DNA from: a bacterium
Lineage (GTDB): Bacteria > Actinomycetota > Acidimicrobiia > Acidimicrobiales > CATQHL01
NCBI GenBank assembly: GCA_028824415.1
Contig: JAPPDX010000134.1
Span: 13,175-77,174, forward strand
DNA length: 64,000 bases
Direction of reading: 5' to 3'
Position numbers and translations under genes: made by a program. The notes under the pieces were generated by a model. It searched no databases, was not told the origin of the DNA, and saw only the letters and a program-made list of their open reading frames with translations. Below are positions 51,209-61,102 of this stretch, piece after piece (the first letter of the stretch is position 1; each line of letters starts with the position of its first letter).

Positions 51209-52561
51209 TCACGGCCCGGTGGAATGCGGCCGGTGTGCGGTCCGCCAGCGCTCGACGGCGGTCACCACGATCGCTTCGGCCTCTCCCAGATACCCCGCCA
51301 GCCCGAGGTCGAGATCCTCACCGAATCCCTGATCGCGGGCGTAGGCGCGGGCGGCCGCCGCGAGGGAGGTCCCCGCGGCCCTCGCTTGCGCCGAGAGGTC
51401 GTAGACCACCTCGTGGGCCTCGTGGCGACCGAGGCGCCGCGCCAGCTGCATCATGAGGGCCTCGGCCATGACGAGGCCCCCGTCCACCTCCAGGTTGGCG
51501 GCCATCGCCTCGGCATCGACGTGCAGGCCCTCGACGAGGTCGCTGCAGCGGGCCATGGCACTGCCGGTGTAGGCCACCAGCAGCGGCAGCGAGTCCCATT
51601 CCAGCTGCCACTCACCGGCCGAACGCTCGTGGCGGCCCGTCATGGCCCGCAGGGGCACTGCCGAGAGCGCGCCGGCCATCCCGCTGAGGCCCACGATCGT
51701 CTCTGAGAGGATGGGGTTGGCTTTCTGGGGCATCGTGGACGACGCGCCGGCCAGACGACCGCCGCCCTCGCCCACTTCGGCGATCTCGCTCCGTGCCAGG
51801 TCGATCACCTCCAGCGCGATGCGTCCCACGGCCGTGGCCAGCACGCCGAGCGAGGCCGCCACCGCGGCCAGCCGGTCCCTGACGCTGTGCCACGGCACAT
51901 CGTCGCAGCCGATGCCGAGGATCCCCGCAGCGGTGCGACGTGTCTCGGCACTCAGGGGGCCGTAGGCGGCCGACGTGCCGGCGGCCCCGTACAACTGGAC
52001 GACCTCGGCTGCCGCTCGCGCCTCGCCGAGCCGCACGAGTGATCGGCCGAGCTCCTCGAGCCACCCGGCGACCTTCATGCCGAATGTGATGGGAACCGCC
52101 TGCTGCCCGTGGGTCCGGCCCGCCATGGGCGTGGTGCGATGGGTCTCGGCGAGTGTGGCGAGGCCGTCGCCGAGTTCGGCCCCGGTGGCGGCGATGTCCC
52201 TGCACGCATCGCGCAGCAGCAGGACCAGCGCCGTGTCCATGATGTCCTGGGTGGTGGCACCGAAGTGCAGCCAGGCCGCCACGTCAGGATTCCTCCGGCC
52301 GAGTTGCTGCAGCAACGGCAGGATCGGATACCCCACCAGCCGGGTCCCCTCGTCGAGCAGCTCGCGATCGATCTCGACGGTCTCCAGCTCGCGCCGGATC
52401 GCCTCCGCCGCCGAGTCGGGGATCACTCCACCCTCGGCCTGCGCCCGGGCCAGCGCCACCTCGACCTCCAGCCAGGCCTCGATCGTCCGGTCAGCCGAGA
52501 ACGCCTCGACGAACCGCCGCTCGCCGAAGACATCCAGGAGGGGAAGTTCCATGCCGGTCAT
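51209..52561 (-). CDS. Class II fumarase/aspartase superfamily lyase (adenylosuccinate lyase / PcaB-like)
   Basis: HFGATTQDIMDT, MAGRTHGQQA, SSTMPQKANP, HERSAG. Confidence 0.9.
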   Translation of the reverse strand: MTGMELPLLDVFGERRFVEAFSADRTIEAWLEVEVALARAQAEGGVIPDSAAEAIRRELETVEIDRELLDEGTRLVGYPILPLLQQLGRRNPDVAAWLHFGATTQDIMDTALVLLLRDACRDIAATGAELGDGLATLAETHRTTPMAGRTHGQQAVPITFGMKVAGWLEELGRSLVRLGEARAAAEVVQLYGAAGTSAAYGPLSAETRRTAAGILGIGCDDVPWHSVRDRLAAVAASLGVLATAVGRIALEVIDLARSEIAEVGEGGGRLAGASSTMPQKANPILSETIVGLSGMAGALSAVPLRAMTGRHERSAGEWQLEWDSLPLLVAYTGSAMARCSDLVEGLHVDAEAMAANLEVDGGLVMAEALMMQLARRLGRHEAHEVVYDLSAQARAAGTSLAAAARAYARDQGFGEDLDLGLAGYLGEAEAIVVTAVERWRTAHRPHSTGP

Positions 52562-52772
52562 GGCGTCCACCGCAGGCTGATGCATCCGGCTCTCGGTCCG
52601 CTGGCCACCGTTCGAGCGTAGGACCTAACGCGCCGGGCACCCCAGCGGCCGGGGGCCGACCGGGTGCACCGCGCACAGCGCCGACCCCGCGGCCTGCTGT
52701 CCCCCCTGGGAAACAGTAGCCGACCGGGTGTCCCCCGTCCCCTGGTGAGGCGTCCGAACTCCGTCCGCTGCG

Positions 52773-53756
52773 TCAGCCGGAGGTGTGGCCGGCGGCCTCT
52801 CGGCGGGTTCGCATGCGCTCGTGGGCCTCGGGGGAGCCGTCGTGCCAGGTGCCGACCCAGGCGTCGACGGGGACCACCGGCGTGCCGTAGTTGCACTCGA
52901 AGTACTTGTGGTGCAGGTCGTGGAAGTAATCGCCGGCGGGCAGGGTGCGGTCACCGACGGTGACGATGCGGTCGAAGTTGGAGTGGCCGAGCGACGGGGC
53001 CAGGCCGGTGAAGATCTGCGTGACGATGATGACAAATGGGTTGGCGGGGATGAACAGGAAGAACACCGGCGTGGAGAAGTAGAGCAGGTGCTCGATCGGG
53101 TGCATCGACAGGCCCGACCACGGCCCGGTGTTGACGTTCTTGTGGTGGAGGTAGTGGGCCCAGCGGTACATGGGCCTGGTGTGCAGGAACCGGTGGGTCA
53201 CGTAGAAGTAGCCGGCCACCAGCCAAAACGAGAAGACCGTCATCACCACCAAGTAGACGACCCAGCCTGCCCCGTCGCCCCAGCGGACGTGGGGAATGTA
53301 GTCGTTGGCGTAGCACCAGTAGAGCAGCGCCTCCCAGAAGGTCCAGAAGACGGGCGCGCTGGCGAGGCTCCAGAAGGCGTTGTCCCAAGCCTGATTACGC
53401 CACATGAAGCGGCGGGCGGTGGTGCTGAGCCAGCGTTCGTCGTACTTGAACCGCTTGTCCTGCGACCGCCGCACGTAAAGCCAGAAGTGGATGGCGCTCA
53501 CCCACACGGCCACCATCACGAGGTTGCGCACATAGATCTCGGCCACCCAGCCGATCTCGAAGCGCTGCATGCGGCTCAGCGCGGGCGTGAAGTAGTTCCA
53601 GACCACCACCGACAGCCCGATGTAGAACAGCCCGTACGGCCACAGCATCAGCTTGGTGAGCTTGGTGATGTTCTTCAGCGACTCCGACGGCCTTGTCAGG
53701 AACCTGGGCGGCTCCATCGGCATGCCGTCCGGCACGTACCCCTGAGTCCTCGTCAT
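52773..53756 (-). CDS. Sterol desaturase / fatty acid hydroxylase family (paralogue)
   Basis: HRFLH, HYLHH, HDLHH; close paralogue of 49748-50725. Confidence 0.88.
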   Translation of the reverse strand: MTRTQGYVPDGMPMEPPRFLTRPSESLKNITKLTKLMLWPYGLFYIGLSVVVWNYFTPALSRMQRFEIGWVAEIYVRNLVMVAVWVSAIHFWLYVRRSQDKRFKYDERWLSTTARRFMWRNQAWDNAFWSLASAPVFWTFWEALLYWCYANDYIPHVRWGDGAGWVVYLVVMTVFSFWLVAGYFYVTHRFLHTRPMYRWAHYLHHKNVNTGPWSGLSMHPIEHLLYFSTPVFFLFIPANPFVIIVTQIFTGLAPSLGHSNFDRIVTVGDRTLPAGDYFHDLHHKYFECNYGTPVVPVDAWVGTWHDGSPEAHERMRTRREAAGHTSG

Positions 53757-53943
53757 CGACTCCCCGCTCGGGTTGGCGCCGCCGGTCGCGACGTGTGCAT
53801 CTCCTCTGAGGTGAACCATAACCGGACGCCGGGCGGCGAGCATTCCGGTTGACTCCTCGCAGACAGGTCGAGAGCACTTCGAAGCCGTGGGTACTCTCAC
53901 TTGCGGTCAGCATCGACATCATCGCCTACTACGGTCGTGAGCC

Positions 53944-54594
53944 ATGAGGATGCTGCGCTTGGCCGCAGCGGCGTTCGTGCTGACTGCGGCCGTCGCAATT
54001 TCCACGTTGCTGATGGCACCAAGCACTGCCCAAGCGTGCATGTGTGTCTCCGAGGAGGCCTACGTCGTCGGCGCCGACGGCACCGAATCGCTGGTGCACT
54101 ACCCGGCCGGAGCCGACGGTGCCGATGTCGCGTTCGTCGGCCGGCCGGTGTCCGAGGAGGAGATCGGTCCCTGGGAGGTGGTGGTGCTGCTGGAGGTCGA
54201 CTGGGTCTACAAGGGGAATGTCGGCTCGCGCATCGAGATTCTCACCGAGACCGCCACGACGTGCGCGCTCTACCTCGCCCCCAACGTGCCCACGGGACTG
54301 CTCGCGTACAGGGATGACAACGGCGTGCTGGGTGCAGGCGCGTGTTCCCCCGCCAGGATCGCAGCGCTCAAGCACGTGTTCGGCGCCGGCTATCCACCCG
54401 ACCCGTCGGTCGACGTTCCGGCAGGCAGCGTCGCCGGAGACAGCGAGGATTCCGGACCTTCCCTTGCGCTGGTGCTCCTTGTCGCGGTGGTCCTTCCCGT
54501 TGCGATCACTCTTGGGGCCGTCTGGGTGATCGTGTCACACCGCCGGAGGGGCCGGACGGCTCCGGCGGCGGAATCCCCTGAGGAGGGGAGCTAG
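53944..54594 (+). CDS. Exported, C-terminally anchored protein with TIMP/NTR-like N-domain
   Basis: Signal peptide ending AQA, then CMC; ADVAFVG, VDWVYKG, TTCA, GACS; C-terminal TM helix followed by RRR. Confidence 0.6.
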   Translation: MRMLRLAAAAFVLTAAVAISTLLMAPSTAQACMCVSEEAYVVGADGTESLVHYPAGADGADVAFVGRPVSEEEIGPWEVVVLLEVDWVYKGNVGSRIEILTETATTCALYLAPNVPTGLLAYRDDNGVLGAGACSPARIAALKHVFGAGYPPDPSVDVPAGSVAGDSEDSGPSLALVLLVAVVLPVAITLGAVWVIVSHRRRGRTAPAAESPEEGS

Positions 54595-55523
54595 CGGCCG
54601 GTGAGGTGTTCGACGACGGGGGCGAACTCCACCGCCGCCTCAGCGGGGATGGTGACGTAGGAGAGGCCCCAGCGCTCGCGGTGCTCCTCGAGGGCGGCGA
54701 TGCACTCGTCGGCGGTTCCGAAGAGGGCGTGGGGCGACCCGAGGGCCTGCTCGACGGTGAGCCCGAAGCCGGGCGCCAGATCGGCGGCGAAGTCGCGGCG
54801 GTCATCGACGATGGTGGCAATGAACACCCCGACGCTGAGTTCGATGCCGGCGAACCGGTCCCCGGCGACGTCGCGCACCAACGCCACCTTGTCGTCGGTC
54901 GCCTCGGCAGTGGCGTTGGCCGCCACGCTCTCGTCCATGGCGCCGCTGCGCAGGTTGACGTTGACCGCCACGATGTCGGCTCGCTGGGCCGCCAGCGTCA
55001 GCATCCTCGGGCCACCTCCGGCCATCAGCAACGGCGGGCGCGGACGCTGGACGGGGGTGGGTCCCGCGTCGAGCCCCCGGATGGTGTAGTAGTCGCCGGC
55101 GAAGTCGAACGGCCCCTCGCCGAAGCAGCCGTCCATGACCGACACGGCCTCGGCCAGGCGCGCGATGCGCACTCCCGGCCGGTCCTTCGGCAGGCCGGCC
55201 TGCTCGTAGTCGGTCGTCATCCAGCCGGCTCCAATGCCGATCTCCAGCCGGCCGTCGGAGATCCGATCGAGCGTGGCGAGTTCCTTCGCCAGCACGACGG
55301 GGTGGCGGTAGTCGTTGCAGAGCACCAGGGTGCCGACCCGCAGCGTGGAGGTGGCCAGCGCCGCGGCGGTGATCGTGACGAGCGGCCCGTTGCGCGCGTC
55401 CAGATGGTCGGTCATGACCATGCATGAGTAGCCCAGGTCCTCCGCGCGGCGGGCCTGCTCGGCGATCTCGTCCTGGTTGCTGGTTCGCTCCAACGTGAGG
55501 CCGAACCGGAATGGGCGTGTCAT
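54591..55523 (-). CDS. LLM class, probably F420-dependent, oxidoreductase
   Basis: RRAEDLGY, MTDH, TLRVGTLV, RHPVVLAKE, GRLEIGIGAGW, QRPRPPLLMAGGG. Confidence 0.88.
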   Translation of the reverse strand: MTRPFRFGLTLERTSNQDEIAEQARRAEDLGYSCMVMTDHLDARNGPLVTITAAALATSTLRVGTLVLCNDYRHPVVLAKELATLDRISDGRLEIGIGAGWMTTDYEQAGLPKDRPGVRIARLAEAVSVMDGCFGEGPFDFAGDYYTIRGLDAGPTPVQRPRPPLLMAGGGPRMLTLAAQRADIVAVNVNLRSGAMDESVAANATAEATDDKVALVRDVAGDRFAGIELSVGVFIATIVDDRRDFAADLAPGFGLTVEQALGSPHALFGTADECIAALEEHRERWGLSYVTIPAEAAVEFAPVVEHLTGR

Positions 55524-55603
55524 GACTGCTCCCGTCGTGGACCGCTCCTCTGCGGCGACCTGCCGTCACGCTACCTGTGGGCGCCGACGGGCTGCCGGGT
55601 TGC

Positions 55604-55652
55604 TGGATTCCTGCCCCGGGATGAGTCCGGGCAGGCTCGTCGCCGGAACGAC
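55604..55652 (-). repeat. REP-like palindrome, long form
   Basis: Minus strand GTCGTTCCGGCGACGAGCCTGCCCGGACTCATCCCGGGGCAGGAATCCA, intergenic. Confidence 0.75.
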
Positions 55653-55701
55653 GTGCGAGCGAGCGAGTCGGAGGGCGGAGTGGGTGCAGCGTCCTCGGGG
55701 T

Positions 55702-56868
55702 TCAGCGCATGGCGGTGAGGACGCGGCCGACCGTGTCGTGGCTGCGGCCCACGATCCGCTCGTAGGCGTCGGGGTCGGTGGCGCCCTCGGTGACCGTCAC
55801 CATGACGCAACTGCCCGACAGGTCACCGAGCGCCTCCCGTGCGGCCGGGTCGGCCAGCAATGCCACCAGGCCGGCCAGGGAGGCGGCACCCGTCTCGCCG
55901 GCCACGACGGCTGCGTCGGCCAGGTCTCGCATGGCCTGTCGGGCCGCATCGTCGTCCACCGACGTGAACCAGTCCACGCCGGTGGCCAGGCGGGGCCAGG
56001 CCACCGGTGACGGCTGCCCGCAGTTGAGGCCCACCATGATCGAGCGGTGCGGGCCGGGCACGTGCGTGAGACCGCCGGCGAGGGCCGAGGCCTGCACGCA
56101 GTTGGCGTCGCTCGGCTCCACGCCCACCAGCACGGGGCGGTGCCAGCCGGAGCGGTAGTGCGTCACCGCAGCCGACATGAACGCCCCCACGCCCATCGGC
56201 ACCACCACCAGCTCGGGTTGCTCGAGGCCGCTTGCAGCGATGGCCTCGTCCACCTCGGCGAAGATGGTTGTGTAGCCCTCGATGACCTGGGCAGGGATGG
56301 TCTCGTAGCCCGGCCAGGAGGTATCGGACACCACGATGCAGCGCTCGCCGGCCTCCTGGGCGGAGCGGGCAACGGCGTCGTCGTAGTCGCCGGCAACCAT
56401 CGTGACCTTGGCGCCCTCCCACTCCATGGCCTCGATGCGGGCGGCCGCCATCCCCGCGGGAACGAAGATCTGAGCGTCGAAACCCAGCAGGCGAGCCATG
56501 AAGGCCACCGCCCGGCCGTGGTTGCCGTCGGTGGCGGTGCACAACTGCAGCGGGCGCAGGTAGGCCAGCCGGGCCGCCAGTTCGTTGATGTTGCCCCAGC
56601 GGGCCGGCGGAGCACCGACGTGTTCGCAGATCGCCTGGTAGGTGGCCCAGGAGGCGCCCAGGATCTTGAACGACGGCAGACCCATGCGACGGGTCTCGGC
56701 CTTGACCAGCAGGCGTCCCACGCCCAGCCGTTCGGCCAGGTCGGGGGCGTCCAGCAGGAGTGTCGGCGAGTAGGCCGGCATCCGCCGGTGGAATCCGGCG
56801 ATCTCGGGCGGCGCCGGGGGCCAGTCTCGATCCTCACGCAGGGGATTGGGGGTGACCAGTACAGACAT
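55702..56868 (-). CDS. Diaminopropionate ammonia-lyase (PLP)
   Basis: KAETRRMGLPSFKILGASWA, ATDGNHGR, SDTSWPGY, QVIEGY, GLNCG, VAGETGAA. Confidence 0.88.
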   Translation of the reverse strand: MSVLVTPNPLREDRDWPPAPPEIAGFHRRMPAYSPTLLLDAPDLAERLGVGRLLVKAETRRMGLPSFKILGASWATYQAICEHVGAPPARWGNINELAARLAYLRPLQLCTATDGNHGRAVAFMARLLGFDAQIFVPAGMAAARIEAMEWEGAKVTMVAGDYDDAVARSAQEAGERCIVVSDTSWPGYETIPAQVIEGYTTIFAEVDEAIAASGLEQPELVVVPMGVGAFMSAAVTHYRSGWHRPVLVGVEPSDANCVQASALAGGLTHVPGPHRSIMVGLNCGQPSPVAWPRLATGVDWFTSVDDDAARQAMRDLADAAVVAGETGAASLAGLVALLADPAAREALGDLSGSCVMVTVTEGATDPDAYERIVGRSHDTVGRVLTAMR

Positions 56869-57159
56869 CACGGCTCCTCGTTGAGCGTGCGGTACGGCAC
56901 CAGTCTGGCGGACTCGCGTGCTTTCGCGGGGTCAGGTCGGGTAGCACGCAATGTCTATGCGACGGAGGCCGGACGAGACTGCCGATCGCCCGCCAAGTGA
57001 CGGTCTCGACGACCCGAATACACCAATCCGACACAGGCGACAGGGCTGCTCCTGAGCGAATCCACCGCCGCGCTCTCCAGGATCGCGGGAACCAATCGGG
57101 CCGCTCGGGCGTCGTCGCGGGTGATGGGAACAGTCCTCGCTGTGAGCGGTGACCACACG

Positions 57160-57636
57160 ATGACCCGATCGAGGGTGTTGGATGGTCGCGTGATCACCGT
57201 CGATTTCGACGAGTTCTACCGGGCCGAGTACGCGCCCATGGTGCGCCTCGCGCGCGGGCTCGTGGATACCTCGGAGTCTGCCGAGGAGATCGCCCAGGAT
57301 GCCTTCGCCGCGGTATTCGAACGTTGGGGCCAGCTGGATGCGCCCGGCGGCTACCTGCGCACGGCCGTCGTGAACGGCGCCCGTAGCGAATTGCGCAAGC
57401 GGGAGGTGCGGCGGCGGGTGGGCCTGGGTCGGCCTCCGCAACCGACCGCGGAACGCGACTACCTCCTCGACGCCCTCGACCGGCTCCCGGTCAAGAGGAA
57501 GACGGCCCTGGTGCTCCGCTACTACGCCGGCCTGTCCGAACGGGAGATCGCCGAGACCATGGGCGTCCGCCCCGGAACGGTCAAGAGCATGGTGTCGCGA
57601 GGACTGGCGGAACTGCGGGAGGTGATCGAGCAATGA
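57160..57636 (+). CDS. ECF RNA polymerase sigma factor
   Basis: AEEIAQDAF, YLRTAVVN, LVLRYYAGLSEREIAETMG, GTVKS. Confidence 0.93.
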   Translation: MTRSRVLDGRVITVDFDEFYRAEYAPMVRLARGLVDTSESAEEIAQDAFAAVFERWGQLDAPGGYLRTAVVNGARSELRKREVRRRVGLGRPPQPTAERDYLLDALDRLPVKRKTALVLRYYAGLSEREIAETMGVRPGTVKSMVSRGLAELREVIEQ

Positions 57637-59714
57637 ACGAGAACAGGCGGGGCGACCCCCGCCAGCACGGTGACGACGACACCCTTGGTGACGCCCTCGG
57701 AGAGGCCGTCAGCAGGGAAACCGATTCGCCGGTCGTGACTCCCCCGGTCACCGACATCGCCGAGCGGGCCGCCGCTCGGGCGAAAGCCAGGCGGGTCCGA
57801 CACGGGGTGGTGAGCATCGCTGCCGCAGCGGCCCTGATCGCCGGCGGCCTGGCGGCCTGGAACACGCTGGGCGGCGACGGTGACGGGAACATCCTGGTGG
57901 CCACCCAGCCGACCGTGACCCAGACGACCGAGTCGGCGAGCACCGGAGGCGACCCGGCTGCCAGCCCGGTGGCAGTTCCCGAGAAGGAGTCCGCCACGCC
58001 CGCTCCGCAGCCCACCGACCCCCCACCTCCCGACCCGCAACCCACCGATCCACCCCCGCCGGACCCGCAGCCCGCCGATCCACCCACAGCCGAGGTGGCC
58101 GAGGAACCCGAAGACCCTGACCCCGGATCGGCGGTGCCCGATCCGAGTTCCCCAACTCCTGAGAAACTGTCCACCGGATCCACGCTGACGTGGATCGAGG
58201 TGTCCGTCGAAGCCCCTCCGGGCATCTTCGACATCTACCAACCGGTGTCGGTAGGGGACGGGCGCATCTTCGCGCGCGCCTGGGGTGAGACCGGCGACCA
58301 GATCGTCGTAACCGATGACGGCACTACGTGGACGTCCGTCCCGACGCCTGCCGGAATCGCTCCCGGGCTCATCGACATCGCCGGGGCCCGCTGGGTGGTC
58401 GCAGGCGTCGATGCTTCCGGGGCTGAACGCACGGACCGGGTCTTTTTCTCCGACGACGAGGGCGTGACGTGGACCGAGTTGGCTCTCGAGCTTGCTCCCG
58501 AGCCGGTACCCGGAGCGCCGTACTGCGTCGAGTACTCGCGTGTGCAATCGGCACTGGCGTCCGATGATCGGATCGTCGTCGTGATCGACAGCTACACCGA
58601 CCTCGACCTGCAGGCTCTGCTCGTCGAGCGCGGCTATGCGCCCGACACGGAATCGATCCTGGGTCTGCACCACACGGAACGCGCCCTCATCGTCCGCGTC
58701 GGCGACGGCTCCACGACGGAGAGGCTCGAGATCGCCCACGACGAGCTGGGCCTGGCTCCCGGGCAGCCACAGCCCTGCGCGGGGCAGGACGGTCGGTACG
58801 GTCAACTCGTCCACGTCCTCACGAGCGACGGTACCCACACCGAGGAGGTACGCCGCTACGGCGGGCGGGGCGCCGCGGCGCTCAAGACTGCCGACGGCTT
58901 CTCGATCACTCTGAGCACCCACGACGGGGGACTGCTGCTCACCTCTCAGGATGGTCGCACCTGGACCGAGCGCCCCATCAGCGAGCAGGGCTACGTCCCC
59001 GTGACGCGCGGGCCCGACGGCGCCGCCTGGCGCAGTGTCTGGAACTTCGGCTCGTACCGCATCGAGCGCCTGGCCGCCGGCGGCGATCCGGGAACCGTGG
59101 CCGAGTTCGGAGACCTGCTACCCGGTCAGGTGCTCACGGCGGGCCCGGCGGGCGTGGTCGCCACAGCGTCGCCGATATCCGCCGCCGGAAGCGACTACGT
59201 GCCCGACATCCGCATCGCCAAGGACGGCTACGAACTGCGTCTCAACCAGAGGTGGGGCGGCTTGGCTCTCTGGGATCTCGCCACGGGTGTCGCCGTCTAC
59301 CAGTTCGGCGGGGCCGAGATGATGCTGGCTGCCGAGCCTCCGGATGGACTCCGCATGGTCATCGAGAACGACGGGTCCACGACCATCGTGTTCGAGGATC
59401 CCGACACCGGCGCTGACCTCGTGGCCTTCACCGACGGGGACCTGGAACTCGCCGCCGCGGAACTCCCCGCCGATCCCGGACCGTTCGAGCCGCCTCCGAC
59501 CTGGATCGGCTGGTCGACCGACGGCGACGCTTGGGGCTGGCAGAGCCTCAACGACGCCTTCGAGATCGACACCGGCGACACGAGTCCGCACGTCGAACTC
59601 GCCGTCGGCGAGGACTTCGTGCTCGCGCTTGTCCTTCTCGCCACCGGCAGCGAATCGCAGCCGTCCGCGAGTCCGAGCCCCGACGCCCGCTGGTTCATCG
59701 CCCCGGTGCCCTAG
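57633..59714 (+). CDS. Single-pass membrane protein (putative anti-sigma/sensor) with Pro-rich linker and Asp-box repeats
   Basis: Overlaps sigma stop; TM at residues ~58-76; TDDGTTW, SDDEGVTW, SQDGRTW, STDGDAW. Confidence 0.75.
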   Translation: MNENRRGDPRQHGDDDTLGDALGEAVSRETDSPVVTPPVTDIAERAAARAKARRVRHGVVSIAAAAALIAGGLAAWNTLGGDGDGNILVATQPTVTQTTESASTGGDPAASPVAVPEKESATPAPQPTDPPPPDPQPTDPPPPDPQPADPPTAEVAEEPEDPDPGSAVPDPSSPTPEKLSTGSTLTWIEVSVEAPPGIFDIYQPVSVGDGRIFARAWGETGDQIVVTDDGTTWTSVPTPAGIAPGLIDIAGARWVVAGVDASGAERTDRVFFSDDEGVTWTELALELAPEPVPGAPYCVEYSRVQSALASDDRIVVVIDSYTDLDLQALLVERGYAPDTESILGLHHTERALIVRVGDGSTTERLEIAHDELGLAPGQPQPCAGQDGRYGQLVHVLTSDGTHTEEVRRYGGRGAAALKTADGFSITLSTHDGGLLLTSQDGRTWTERPISEQGYVPVTRGPDGAAWRSVWNFGSYRIERLAAGGDPGTVAEFGDLLPGQVLTAGPAGVVATASPISAAGSDYVPDIRIAKDGYELRLNQRWGGLALWDLATGVAVYQFGGAEMMLAAEPPDGLRMVIENDGSTTIVFEDPDTGADLVAFTDGDLELAAAELPADPGPFEPPPTWIGWSTDGDAWGWQSLNDAFEIDTGDTSPHVELAVGEDFVLALVLLATGSESQPSASPSPDARWFIAPVP
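58005..58085 (+). repeat. 30-bp tandem repeat encoding PQPTDPPPPD (about 2.7 copies)
   Basis: Units start at 58005, 58035, 58065. Confidence 0.85.
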
Positions 59715-59741
59715 CCCGCGACAAGTCTCCCCCATGCCCAC

Positions 59742-59769
59742 GCGGGCCCCGCCAGCCGGCGGGGCCCGC
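59742..59769. terminator. Stem-loop between convergent genes
   Basis: GCGGGCCCCGCC-AGCC-GGCGGGGCCCGC perfect 12-bp stem. Confidence 0.6.
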
Positions 59770-59819
59770 TTACTTCGGGTCGCTCAACAGCCGGGGCCTG
59801 CGGCGCGAGAGGTCAGCCA

Positions 59820-60569
59820 TTGCCGCCAGCAGGGATCGTCTCGGGCGGCTGCCGAGGCGCCTTCGGAACCGTAGAGGTACGACCAGATCGACACGGTGAC
59901 CGCCTCGCCGTCTCCCTCGACGGCCAGGAAAGCGGTGCCGGGGGCGGGGTGGTCGAGCACAAGGGCGATCCAGCGCGGGTCGACATCGACGACAGTGCCC
60001 GCCAGTTCGGGAGCGTCGGCCGCCGCCACCTCGATTCGGTCGCCCACTGCGGGATCCGGAGGCAGGCCGAGCCCGCCGAGCAGCGCCCTCCAGGCTGCCT
60101 CCCGGGGGCCGGCCCAGAGCGCCATGGGGATCACGGCGGTGGCGACCCGGCCGGCGAAGTGCTCCCGGTGCAGACGCAGGTTGAGCATGAACAGGCGCCA
60201 GCCCTCGATCATGCCCTCGCGGAGAGCGTCATGTTCGGGTCCGCTGCCGAAGCCCGAGTTCACCAGCCGCACCATGCAGGCGGCGTCGCCGCGGGGCTCG
60301 ATCGTCCACTCGAAGCTCAGCCCGTCAACACCCTCGCCCCCGTCGAAGAGGATCCGACGGGGTGGCTCCCAGACCGCCACCCGCCCGCTCACCTGCATCT
60401 CGGGCTCCGGTCCGAACGACGCCGTGCCCACGCCACCGGCGCGTTCCTCCACGGTGTGTGGCACGTACCACGAGGAGATCCCCGGACCGGTCGCCACGGC
60501 CCACCAGACCTCATCGGGCCGCCCCGGGACCTCGATTTCCAGCCCGATGGAGCGCAGCTCATCGGACAT
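59820..60569 (-). CDS. SRPBCC/AHSA1 domain protein
   Basis: IGLEIEVPGRPDEVWWAVATGPGISSW, VAVWEPPRR. Confidence 0.82.
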
Positions 60570-60604
60570 GGTTCGCCTCCTGATCTCTGCCTTGCCCCAG
60601 GAGT

Positions 60605-61102
60605 TCACAGGCGGCGTCGGGACGAGATGACGCCCGTGTCGAAGCCGGCGAGCGCCAGCCCGCCGGAGAACCTGGCGTGCTCGATCTTCAGGCAGCGGTT
60701 CATCACCACGTCGAGGCCGGCGGCGACGCAGAGCCGGGCGGCTTCGGGACTCCACAGACCCAGCTGCGCCCAGAACACCCGGGCGCCGACGGCGATGGCC
60801 TCGGTGGCCACGTCGGGCAGGCCCGCGGGGCGCCGGAACACGTCCACGATGTCGGGCACCACCGGCAGAGCCTCCAGCGAGGGATAGACCGGCCGGCCGA
60901 GGATCTGCCGCTCGCGGGGGTTCACGAGATAGGTGTCGAAGTCCACCGACGACGACAGCAGATAGGTGACCACGAAGTTGCTGGCCCTCGCCCGGTCGCC
61001 CGAGGCGCCTACGACCGCGACGGTCCGCGAGCGCCGGATGATGTCCCAGCGCTCGCCGGCGTCGGGCGGCGTCCAGCCCTCGACGGCGGGGAATTCAGGC
61101 AC
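60605..61102 (-). CDS. CoA-binding protein (YccU-like)
   Basis: VAVVGAS, YLVNP, DIVDVFR, WAQLG, VVMNRCLKIEH. Confidence 0.9.
   Translation of the reverse strand: MPEFPAVEGWTPPDAGERWDIIRRSRTVAVVGASGDRARASNFVVTYLLSSSVDFDTYLVNPRERQILGRPVYPSLEALPVVPDIVDVFRRPAGLPDVATEAIAVGARVFWAQLGLWSPEAARLCVAAGLDVVMNRCLKIEHARFSGGLALAGFDTGVISSRRRL

Noticed and set aside
19326-55652. Repeats as a CRISPR array
   Set aside because: Copies are dispersed over tens of kb, not regularly spaced, and no cas genes are present.
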